A DNA stretch of 64,000 bases, taken from assembly GCA_963723515.1 (NCBI GenBank), contig CAVRQT010000001.1, forward strand, positions 32,001 through 96,000, in the 5' to 3' direction. Position numbers and translations under genes: made by a program. Below the pieces are notes generated by a model. It was not told the origin of the DNA and did not search any database. It saw only the letters and a program-made list of their open reading frames with translations. Origin of the DNA: Vulcanimicrobiota bacterium (GTDB taxonomy: Bacteria > Vulcanimicrobiota > Vulcanimicrobiia > Vulcanimicrobiales > Vulcanimicrobiaceae). Each line of letters begins with the position of its first letter. Positions within the stretch are counted from its first letter, which is position 1. This document shows positions 50,017-57,957 of the stretch, one piece after another.

Positions 50017-50919
50017 CTGCGAACGCTCTTCTTCGGTACGAGCGCGTTCGCGGTTCCCGCTCTCGCGGTTGTGGCTGAGAAGACGCTCTTGCGCGCGATC
50101 ATTACGCAGCCGGACCGCCCCGCCGGCCGCGGCCAACAATTACAGCCCAGCTCCGTCAAGCGTGCCGCCGCCGGCTACGACGTTCCGATTCTTGAACCAG
50201 TCACATTGAAGCGATTCGCGGGCGAACACACAGGTGACGCGTACGACCTCTTCATCGTTGCCTCGTACGGCCGTATTTTGCCGCGGACGCTTCTTGATGT
50301 GCCGCGCCTCGGCGCGCTCAACGTGCACCCGAGCTTGCTGCCGCGCTACCGCGGCGCCACGCCGATTCAATCCGCGCTGCGTAACGGCGACTCTCAAACC
50401 GGCGTTTCCATTATGTTGATGGATGAGGGAATGGATACCGGGCCGCTCGTCGTGCAAGAAACAGTCACCGTCGAGCCCGACGAAAATTACGGGCACCTGC
50501 ACGACCGTTTAGCGAACGTCGGAGCGCGATTACTTTCGCATGCCATCGATCTCGCGGCCGAGAATAATCTAGGCCCATTTCCACAAAGCGGCGATCCTTC
50601 GCTCACGAAGCCGGTTTCGAAGGATGACTTGCACGTCGATTGGCGATGGCCGGCGCGCAAGATCGTCAATACGATTCGTGCCTTCTCCCCGGAGCCGGCC
50701 GCACGCGCCCAAATCGGCGGCACAAATGTCAAACTGCTTAGCGCCGGCGCCCTCGCCGAAGATGTTCGTCCCAATCCCGGTAGCATTCTCGACCGCGGCG
50801 ATTCTCTATTGATCGCGTGTGGTGACGGCGCAATCCAAATCCACGAGCTCATTCCGGCGAGTCGCGCAAAGATGTCCGGGCGCCAATTCAAACAGTGGCT
50901 CAGAACGCAGCAAAAGTGA
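50017..50919 (+). CDS. fmt: Methionyl-tRNA formyltransferase (no canonical start before the conserved N-terminus; CTG at 50017 is the candidate)
   Basis: LRTLFFGTSAFA; TQPDRPAGRG; NVHPSLLPRYRGATPIQ; MDEGMDTG. Confidence 0.93.
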   Translation: MRTLFFGTSAFAVPALAVVAEKTLLRAIITQPDRPAGRGQQLQPSSVKRAAAGYDVPILEPVTLKRFAGEHTGDAYDLFIVASYGRILPRTLLDVPRLGALNVHPSLLPRYRGATPIQSALRNGDSQTGVSIMLMDEGMDTGPLVVQETVTVEPDENYGHLHDRLANVGARLLSHAIDLAAENNLGPFPQSGDPSLTKPVSKDDLHVDWRWPARKIVNTIRAFSPEPAARAQIGGTNVKLLSAGALAEDVRPNPGSILDRGDSLLIACGDGAIQIHELIPASRAKMSGRQFKQWLRTQQK

Positions 50920-52241
50920 GCGCACGGCGGGTTGCGCTGCATGTCGTTCGTGACGTCTTTGCGGAAGAGAAGCAGCAGCGCACCGCGCAAGAGTCGCTCG
51001 ATTTTCATTTGCGAAAAACCGGACTCCCCTCGCGCGATCGCGCGCTCGCGACGGAGCTAGCTTACGGAACGATCAAGATGCGGCGCCTGCTGGACTGGTA
51101 TCTTCGCCCATACATCGGCAAACGCGCGAAGTTGCCGCCGCCGGCAACGCTCGAAAGCTTGCGGCTCGGCGCATACGAATTGCTGTTTATGAGGTCGGCG
51201 CACCATGCCGTCGTGCACGACTGGGTCGGGCTTGCGAAGCTATTCGGCCATCGTGGGGTCGCGGGCTTAGTGAACGCCGTGCTGCGATCGCTCATTCGTG
51301 ACGAACCGGGACCTCCGGCCCCAAAAGATTTTGAAGACGCGGACGACTATCTCGGCACGCTCTTCTCGTTGCCGACGTGGATCGTCAAAGCGTGGCGCTC
51401 GCAATTTGGCGATGCGCAGCTCGAACCGATTCTTCAGAGCATCAACGAGCCGGCTCAGCCGGCGGTCGCCATCAATACGGCGCACAGCGGCATTGATGCG
51501 GCGCAAGTTTGGTTCGAAGAACAGGGGATGAAGGTGAGGCGATCGCCTCTCGTCGACGAGGTCTTACTGATCGAACGCAATGGGTTTGTACCGTATGAGC
51601 GGTTGACCAACGGTGGCGCATGGCATCCGCAGAGCGAAGCGGCCGCGATTCCGGTCGACGTCTTGAATCCACAGCCCGGTGAAACGGTGCTCGACGTCTG
51701 CAGCGGACGCGGTAATAAAGCGCTTCAAGCCGGAGCGCGCCTCGGCTCCGAAGGTGCGTTGACGTGCATCGAAAAGGACGCGCGCAAGGTGCGAGTGTTG
51801 GGGCAGCGGCTGCAAGAAGCTGGACTCACCGCCGCCATCGTGACTGGCGACGCGACAGAAGAACTGGTGCAGCGTTCGTTCGATCGCGTGGTTCTCGATG
51901 CGCCTTGCAGCGGCACCGGCGTCTTCGCTCGCTGTGCTGAGGCCAGGTGGCGCAAAGATCCGCACGACGGCGCTCGTTTGGGAGCGCTGCAGAGTGCTTT
52001 GCTCGAACGAGCTGCTGACCGCGTGGACCCCGGCGGCGTGCTGGTCTATTCGGTTTGCTCGACCGATCCGCGCGAAGGCCGTGAAATCGTCGATGCTTTC
52101 GTGCGAGCGCATCCCTTTGAGCGTGGACTTATTCCCGCACGCTACGCCTCGTTCTTGAGCGACGAAGGTGATATCCTGATCCCGCCCGGCATCGATGGGC
52201 GCGATGGGTTTTTCATCGCGCGTATGGAGCGCGCGGGATGA
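50916..52241 (+). CDS. rsmB: 16S rRNA m5C967 methyltransferase RsmB/Sun
   Basis: NusB-like N-terminus (ELAYGT, LVNAVLR); LDVCSGRGNK; LDAPCSGTG; LVYSVCS; DGFFIA; follows def-fmt. Confidence 0.9.
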   Translation: MSARRVALHVVRDVFAEEKQQRTAQESLDFHLRKTGLPSRDRALATELAYGTIKMRRLLDWYLRPYIGKRAKLPPPATLESLRLGAYELLFMRSAHHAVVHDWVGLAKLFGHRGVAGLVNAVLRSLIRDEPGPPAPKDFEDADDYLGTLFSLPTWIVKAWRSQFGDAQLEPILQSINEPAQPAVAINTAHSGIDAAQVWFEEQGMKVRRSPLVDEVLLIERNGFVPYERLTNGGAWHPQSEAAAIPVDVLNPQPGETVLDVCSGRGNKALQAGARLGSEGALTCIEKDARKVRVLGQRLQEAGLTAAIVTGDATEELVQRSFDRVVLDAPCSGTGVFARCAEARWRKDPHDGARLGALQSALLERAADRVDPGGVLVYSVCSTDPREGREIVDAFVRAHPFERGLIPARYASFLSDEGDILIPPGIDGRDGFFIARMERAG

Positions 52242-52912
52242 GCCTCTTTTCCAGAATCGAAGAAGCGTGTGCGTCGCTGATCGAGCGCGCGTTCGCGCGC
52301 ACCTTTCCAAGCGATCTCGAACCCGCGCACATCGCCCGCAAACTGGTTGCCACGATGGAAGCGAAGGCATCGCACGAAGGGCAGACGATCGTAGCGCCTG
52401 GCACCTACACCGTTCGCGTCAGCCATGATGATTTCTCACGGCTGGCGGCCCACCGGCAGTATCTTGAACAAGAGTGGGCCGCCTTGATTGCCGAGGTTGC
52501 GCGTCGCGTATCGATCGAATTCAATGAGCCGCCGGATGTGATGCTCTCCGAAGATGCAAGCGTCGTAACAGGCGCCGTTGAGATCGACACGGCGTTTATC
52601 GAGTCGCAACCGACAAAGCGCTTTCGCCTGCGCGTCGTCAAAGGCGTTCCGCCGGATCGCGTCTTTCCGCTCGATCGAACGCTTGCCATTGGGCGCAGCA
52701 CGAGCAACGACGTCATCCTCACCGATCCGCGCATTTCACGCCGCCACGCACGCATCGAAGCCGGCAACGGTGATCCGATCCTAATCGATCTGGATTCGAC
52801 GAACGGCACGTTTGTTGACGGCAAACGCGTCACGGAGCCGTTGCACTTACGTGCGGGCAATGAGATTGCGCTCGGCAACACGACACTCGGGATCGAAGAA
52901 GAGGGCCTCTGA
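52238..52912 (+). CDS. FhaA-like protein (DUF3662 plus FHA domain)
   Basis: N-terminal FAR.F...LEP..IARKL; FHA motifs IGR, SRRHA, STNGT. Confidence 0.88.
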   Translation: MSLFSRIEEACASLIERAFARTFPSDLEPAHIARKLVATMEAKASHEGQTIVAPGTYTVRVSHDDFSRLAAHRQYLEQEWAALIAEVARRVSIEFNEPPDVMLSEDASVVTGAVEIDTAFIESQPTKRFRLRVVKGVPPDRVFPLDRTLAIGRSTSNDVILTDPRISRRHARIEAGNGDPILIDLDSTNGTFVDGKRVTEPLHLRAGNEIALGNTTLGIEEEGL

Positions 52913-53085
52913 TTGAGTCGTCGTGGTTCAGCCTCGTGATGATTTTTCGTCGAGTTCGAGGCGCGAGGACGGACGCAATGCCGCAGCGCATTGTGGCCGC
53001 CGCAGTAACGATGAAATCGACAAAAAGCGTCCGAGGATCAACCTCGTGCGATTCAATCGGAGGCCCTTACACTAGAGGCCCTCTA
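52900..53085. mobile_element. MITE-like long imperfect inverted repeat (~170 bp)
   Basis: Arms AGGGCCTCTGATTGAGTCG (52902-52920) and CGATTCAATCGGAGGCCCT (53049-53067) pair over ~55 bp; extra end copy AGAGGCCCTCT at 53074-53084. Confidence 0.6.
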
Positions 53086-53087
53086 TC

Positions 53088-53519
53088 GTGACCTTCACCG
53101 CGCACATGCGCTTGGGATCTGTCGGCGCGCTCGTCGCGATGGCGGCGTTCGCCGTGGCGGCGTTTCGCACGCGGCGTCCATCCGCTGTTCTCGGAGTCGG
53201 CAGCGCTTCCGACATGACGATGAAAATCGAACTCGAGGTGATCGAGCGGGACGAGCGGCGGCGCGTCGAAGGGAGCTGTCCCTTTGTCGTGGGGCGGTCG
53301 TCAGACGCGGATCTGCTCCTCTGGGATCCGGAGGTCAGCCGGCGCCACGCACGGTTTGAAAATGATGGCACAACGGTCTTCGTTAGCGATCTGCATAGCA
53401 GCAACGGAACGTTCCTTAATGGGCGTGGCCTCACGGAAAGCGTTGAAGTGCGTCCAGGCGATCACATTGATGTCGGCACCGTGCGCTTAACGTTCATCGG
53501 AAGTCAGCCGTGCAGCTGA
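53088..53519 (+). CDS. FhaB-like membrane-anchored FHA protein
   Basis: Hydrophobic N-terminus; VGR, SRRHA, SSNGT. Confidence 0.85.
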   Translation: MTFTAHMRLGSVGALVAMAAFAVAAFRTRRPSAVLGVGSASDMTMKIELEVIERDERRRVEGSCPFVVGRSSDADLLLWDPEVSRRHARFENDGTTVFVSDLHSSNGTFLNGRGLTESVEVRPGDHIDVGTVRLTFIGSQPCS

Positions 53520-54325
53520 CAATCAGGGGCCAGCGCCGCCGCTACCTGCAGTTGACGCTCGGATCGCAAACGCGCGCGTATGCGGTCTGCAATGGTTTCG
53601 GAACGATCGACGGTCAGCCGATTGAAGAGGCAACCTTGGGTGAGCTCCAGGCGACGCTGCAACGCCGATCGCGCGGCGCGCGCTTTGCCTACCAAATTGC
53701 GAAGCCCAAGGCGATGGCAGCCTTCCTCATCGCTGTCGTTTCGCACTTGAATGCGTACTTGTTCAAACGGAGTGCTGCACACGAAGATTACGTTACCAGC
53801 GGCGCCTCACTAACCTTGATCCTGATCTGCAAAGAACGAGCCTATCTTGCGCATGTCGGAACAACGGCGGCGTACGTCGTCCGTAGCGGCTACGTCGTGG
53901 CGTTAACGAAAGATGATTCGTGCTCGTTCGATGACGCTTCGACGGGCTCAGCGCAGGCTGATCAGCCGGCGCGCATTTTAACGCGCGCGCTGGGCATCGG
54001 TTCGCAGATGCAAATGAGCGTCTGCAGTTTTCGCGTCGCCTCAGGCGACACGCTGGTGCTGGCCAGCAAACGGCTCGCCACAGTCGAGGACCGCCGGGCG
54101 CTAGCAAGATGGATCATGCACCATGACGGTTCGTCGGCTGTCCCTTTGAGGACGCTTGTGCTGAGCGGCGTCGAAGCATCGAAGGGCGGCGAACACACCG
54201 TGGCCGCGGTGCCGATTCGGATGGCGCCGCTTGTTCCGGCGACGGTCGCATCTTCTGCTCGTTCGCCGCTCTGGTACGCGATGGTCGCGCTGCTCTTGAG
54301 TTTGCTTCTGATTATCTCCGCTTGA
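53510..54325 (+). CDS. PP2C/PstP-like protein with degenerate active site
   Basis: AVCNGFG, GASLT, AHVGT, LTKDD, LTRALG, GDTLVLAS follow PP2C order; C-terminal TM; pstP position between fhaB and rodA. Confidence 0.75.
   Translation: MQLTIRGQRRRYLQLTLGSQTRAYAVCNGFGTIDGQPIEEATLGELQATLQRRSRGARFAYQIAKPKAMAAFLIAVVSHLNAYLFKRSAAHEDYVTSGASLTLILICKERAYLAHVGTTAAYVVRSGYVVALTKDDSCSFDDASTGSAQADQPARILTRALGIGSQMQMSVCSFRVASGDTLVLASKRLATVEDRRALARWIMHHDGSSAVPLRTLVLSGVEASKGGEHTVAAVPIRMAPLVPATVASSARSPLWYAMVALLLSLLLIISA
53936..53958 (-). repeat. REP-like hairpin repeat in frame in the PP2C-like gene (ASTGSAQA)
   Basis: GCTTCGACGGGCTCAGCGCAGGC. Confidence 0.8.
54138..54186 (+). repeat. Nested REP-like repeat in frame in the PP2C-like gene (LVLSGVEASKG)
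   Basis: 54157-54184 is identical over 28 nt to 41067-41094. Confidence 0.85.
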
Positions 54326-55560
54326 TCGCGCTCTGGATACGCCGCTTAACGCCGCTTCTTGCGGCGTTTGCCATTGCGGCGATCCTCTTGAGCATGGCAC
54401 CGGCGGAAAATCTCGGCTCGGTCTGGGGCTTGCTTCTCTTAGCTGCGCTCGCGCTCGCCTGGGTGATCTTTCAACCGGCGGGCGCCATACGCGACGATTT
54501 TTTGCCGGCCAGCGCGGTCTTGATTTCCGCGGTTGGCTTATCGATGATCGCGCGGCTCTCCGGCGAGCTCGCGCGCAAGCAAGAGCTCTGGTTATTCGTT
54601 TCGCTGATGCTCGTGCTGATGCTCGGACCGGCATTTTCGCGCTTTCGCCGGCTCGCCGCATTCAAATATCTCTGGGTGATCGGGTCGATTGTCTTGTTCG
54701 GGCTGCTCGCAGTTTTCGGACAAGAAGTCAACGGTGCGCGACTCTGGATCCGCATCGGCAGCGTTCAATACGAGCCGATCGAGCTGATCAAACTCTTCAT
54801 CGTCTTTTTCCTTGCCGCGTATCTTGCGGAAACGGCCGATGTGATTGCCAACGCGCGGCCATGGTCGGTGCGTGCGAACCTCAAATACCTTGGGCCGCTC
54901 TTCATCGGCTGGGGCGCCTCAATGGCGATTTTAGTCTTGCAGCACGATCTCGGTATGGCCGTGTTGCTGCTCGTGACGTTCATTGCGGTGCTCTATGTTG
55001 CGACCCGTCGCATCGATTTGATCCTGGGGAGCTTGGCGACGTTCGGTGTCGTTGCGGCATGGGCCGCACATCACTTCTCCTACGTGCAAACGCGCATCGC
55101 GGTGTGGCGCAATCCGTTCGGGGATCCGCTCGGCGCCGGATTTCAATCGAGTCAGGGCTACTACTCGCTCGCTGCGGGCGGCTTGCTTGGAACGGGCTAC
55201 CGCTTAGGCCACCCCGGATTCATCCCCAACGTCGCGACCGACTACGTGTATGCAGCGTGGAGCGAAGAGTTCGGGCTCGTCGGCGCGGTCGTGCTTCTCT
55301 TGCTCTACTTAGCGATCGTTTGGCGTGCGCTCACGATAGCGCGCGCACAGCCGGACCTCTATACGCGTCTGCTGGCAGTCGGGCTCGCAGCGATCCTGGG
55401 CTTTCAAGTGCTGATCATCGTCGGCGGAGTGATCGGCCTCTTTCCGTTGACCGGCATTACCTTACCGTTCATGTCCTACGGCGGAAGCTCGCTCGTTGCA
55501 AACTTCCTCTTAATAGCATTGGTTTGGGCAATCAGCTCGAGAAGCTTTGCGGCGAAATAG
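54322..55560 (+). CDS. rodA: SEDS-family peptidoglycan polymerase (RodA/FtsW)
   Basis: NGARLWI..G...P.E..K; DLG; TDYVYA...EEFG; P.TGITLPFMSYGGSS. Confidence 0.88.
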   Translation: MIALWIRRLTPLLAAFAIAAILLSMAPAENLGSVWGLLLLAALALAWVIFQPAGAIRDDFLPASAVLISAVGLSMIARLSGELARKQELWLFVSLMLVLMLGPAFSRFRRLAAFKYLWVIGSIVLFGLLAVFGQEVNGARLWIRIGSVQYEPIELIKLFIVFFLAAYLAETADVIANARPWSVRANLKYLGPLFIGWGASMAILVLQHDLGMAVLLLVTFIAVLYVATRRIDLILGSLATFGVVAAWAAHHFSYVQTRIAVWRNPFGDPLGAGFQSSQGYYSLAAGGLLGTGYRLGHPGFIPNVATDYVYAAWSEEFGLVGAVVLLLLYLAIVWRALTIARAQPDLYTRLLAVGLAAILGFQVLIIVGGVIGLFPLTGITLPFMSYGGSSLVANFLLIALVWAISSRSFAAK

Positions 55561-55617
55561 GGACGGGCCCGCAACCCGTATTCAGGTATCGCTGTCATAA
55601 TTTAAGACAAAAATGCG

Positions 55618-56472
55618 TTGCTTACTGTGATGTCGTCTACATTACGCCGATTTTCGGCCGTCTTTTTCATCGCGGCTGCTTGCGTTGCCGCATCGGGCGC
55701 TAACGCCGCACAGTCGAAAGGCGACGCGCTGCTTCAGAAGATCAGGGTCGTCTTTCGATCGCATCGGCCGCCGCCGCCCTACATTACCTACACGCTCCAT
55801 CGCGAATCGATCACCGAGCAAGGCTACACGGATTACACCGCAACCTACACCTACCACATCTGGTGCCGGAGCTCCGATCGTGCCGCGCTGGGTCGCAAGG
55901 TGTTCCGGGATGAAGCGCGCGGGGACTTAGAGTTTCTGCGGCCGGAATTCAACCAGGATCGCGATCCCGGACCGCCTACCGCCGACGTCTTCGAGCGCGC
56001 GCCGGTCCATCCGCAGCCCGTTGAAGTTGCTCCGACGCCGGAGCCCGTTGCCGCTCCGGCCGTCATCGGTTCCGTCACGGCATACGGCGAGCTCGAGTAT
56101 CATGTGACGGCGGTGCAGACTGAGGGCGACCTTCTCCATTTGAGCGTCGTGCCGTTCCGCGATCCCGACCGGAATCGGCTGCGTGAGATTTACGTTGACA
56201 AGAAGACGCTGGAGCTCCGCAAATTGATCGCGACCGACAAGCTCTTCATCGGAAACGCTGAAATTCACCCGGTGCGATTTACGATCACGATGGCGATGCA
56301 GGATGGGCGACCGCTCGTAACCGCTATTCACGCTGAAACGACCGACGATTACAAGGGCGATAGCCATATCACGGACTACACGTTCACGGACATCAAATTC
56401 CCGAGCTCACTGCCGGATTGGTATTTCAACGCGCACTCCTATGCGATGCATACCGGCGAAGCGCCTTTGTAA
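55618..56472 (+). CDS. Hypothetical secreted protein, tandem paralog 1
   Basis: Signal peptide; strong similarity to the next ORF. Confidence 0.8.
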   Translation: MLTVMSSTLRRFSAVFFIAAACVAASGANAAQSKGDALLQKIRVVFRSHRPPPPYITYTLHRESITEQGYTDYTATYTYHIWCRSSDRAALGRKVFRDEARGDLEFLRPEFNQDRDPGPPTADVFERAPVHPQPVEVAPTPEPVAAPAVIGSVTAYGELEYHVTAVQTEGDLLHLSVVPFRDPDRNRLREIYVDKKTLELRKLIATDKLFIGNAEIHPVRFTITMAMQDGRPLVTAIHAETTDDYKGDSHITDYTFTDIKFPSSLPDWYFNAHSYAMHTGEAPL

Positions 56473-57298
56473 TTTTCTCGCACTGCTTGCGGCGTTCGTT
56501 TTGAGCGCCGCGCCGTTGCCTTCGAACGCCGGTCTTTCGAAAGGTGACGAGCTGCTGCAGAAGATCCGCGCAGTCTTTCGTGCGCACCGTCCTCCGCCGC
56601 CGTACATCACGTACACGCTCGTGCGCGCGCAAGATACTGCGCAAGGGTATCCCGACTTCGAGTGGAGCTACACCTACCATATCTGGTGTCGCACATCCGA
56701 CCTGGCGGCGCTCGGCCGAAAAGTGTACCGCGGCGACGCGCGCGGCCCATTAGAATTCTTACGTCCGGAGTTCAATCAGGCACGCGACCCTGGTCCTCCG
56801 ACTGCAGATGTCTTCGAACGCGCGCCGGCACATCCACAATCGATTGACGTCGTGCCCACCCCTGAACCGAGCGGCATACCGGCGACGATCGGATCGGTTA
56901 CGAGCTATGGTGAGCTCGAATACCATGTAACCGCCGTCCGTACTGAAGGCGATCTTTTGCACTTGAGTTTGCGGCCCATCAGAGATCCGGACCGCAACCG
57001 GCTACGGGAAATCTACGCTGAGAGAACGAGCTTCGAGCTGAAGAAACTGATTGCGACGGATAAACTGTTCATCATGCCGTTTGACGAGGTCCATCCGCAG
57101 CTCTACACGATAACGATGGGAACGGTCGAAGGACGCCCCGTCGTCACGGCCATTCACGGCGTTACGACGGACGATTACAATGACGACGGCCGGGAAGTAG
57201 ACTACACGTTCAAAGATATCAAGTTTCCGAAGTCGCTGCCCGATTGGTATTTCGACGCGCATGTCTACGCGATGCACTCGAACGAAGCGCCGTTATGA
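56441..57298 (+). CDS. Hypothetical secreted protein, tandem paralog 2
   Basis: Signal peptide; shares HRPPPPYITYTL, DPGPPTADVFERAP, RDPDRNRLREIY, LPDWYF with paralog 1. Confidence 0.8.
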   Translation: MRCIPAKRLCNFLALLAAFVLSAAPLPSNAGLSKGDELLQKIRAVFRAHRPPPPYITYTLVRAQDTAQGYPDFEWSYTYHIWCRTSDLAALGRKVYRGDARGPLEFLRPEFNQARDPGPPTADVFERAPAHPQSIDVVPTPEPSGIPATIGSVTSYGELEYHVTAVRTEGDLLHLSLRPIRDPDRNRLREIYAERTSFELKKLIATDKLFIMPFDEVHPQLYTITMGTVEGRPVVTAIHGVTTDDYNDDGREVDYTFKDIKFPKSLPDWYFDAHVYAMHSNEAPL

Positions 57299-57868
57299 TT
57301 TCAAAAGCTCGATCGCGAAGAGCTCCTTGATGTAGTCGCTCATGCCGGCGTCGATGCGGCGCAGGCGCTCGCGCGTCGCATTGGGCCAGCAAGACGCCGG
57401 ATCGTTTGCTCCGACGTATGCCCGCATCGACTCGGCAAAGTATTCATCGATACCGGTCGCGGCATATGGCGTTACGAAATCGCGCGCGGTTTCGAAGAGC
57501 GAACGCAGATCCGGATCGACGCACGATCGGTAGATGCCGCTGCCCAGCGCACAATCCAACGCATGTCCAAACTCGTGCGCCACCGTCATCGGGCTGCGCG
57601 AACGAAGATAGACGGTTCGTTCTTCAACGACGAACAGACCGGCGGGGGGCGACGGCCAGCCGTCGATCGACGGGCACAATCGCCGTAATGCGCTGGACGC
57701 TTCTGCGTACGATTGCGAGCGGCGTAACGGAACGATGCGAATGCCGGCGCGGGCGGCGAAGTCGAGCGCCGGTTTACCGAAGAGCGCAAGCGTTCGGCCA
57801 ACGGCAGCACGGGACGACGGATGCGCATGAAGCAGCAGGGCGCCGAGCGGCGAATTATGGACACACAC
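57293..57868 (-). CDS. Zn metallopeptidase-like protein (lethal-factor/Pro-Pro endopeptidase-type motif spacing)
   Basis: HEFGHALD followed by YA....EYFAES. Confidence 0.7.
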   Translation of the reverse strand: MCVHNSPLGALLLHAHPSSRAAVGRTLALFGKPALDFAARAGIRIVPLRRSQSYAEASSALRRLCPSIDGWPSPPAGLFVVEERTVYLRSRSPMTVAHEFGHALDCALGSGIYRSCVDPDLRSLFETARDFVTPYAATGIDEYFAESMRAYVGANDPASCWPNATRERLRRIDAGMSDYIKELFAIELLKS

Positions 57869-57957
57869 CGCCCCACTCTCCGCGCCGCATATTGCAAGCG
57901 AATGTCGTCCGCGTGTCCGTTGGATGAACGCGCGCCGTTCGCGGAAGGGAGGACGTC

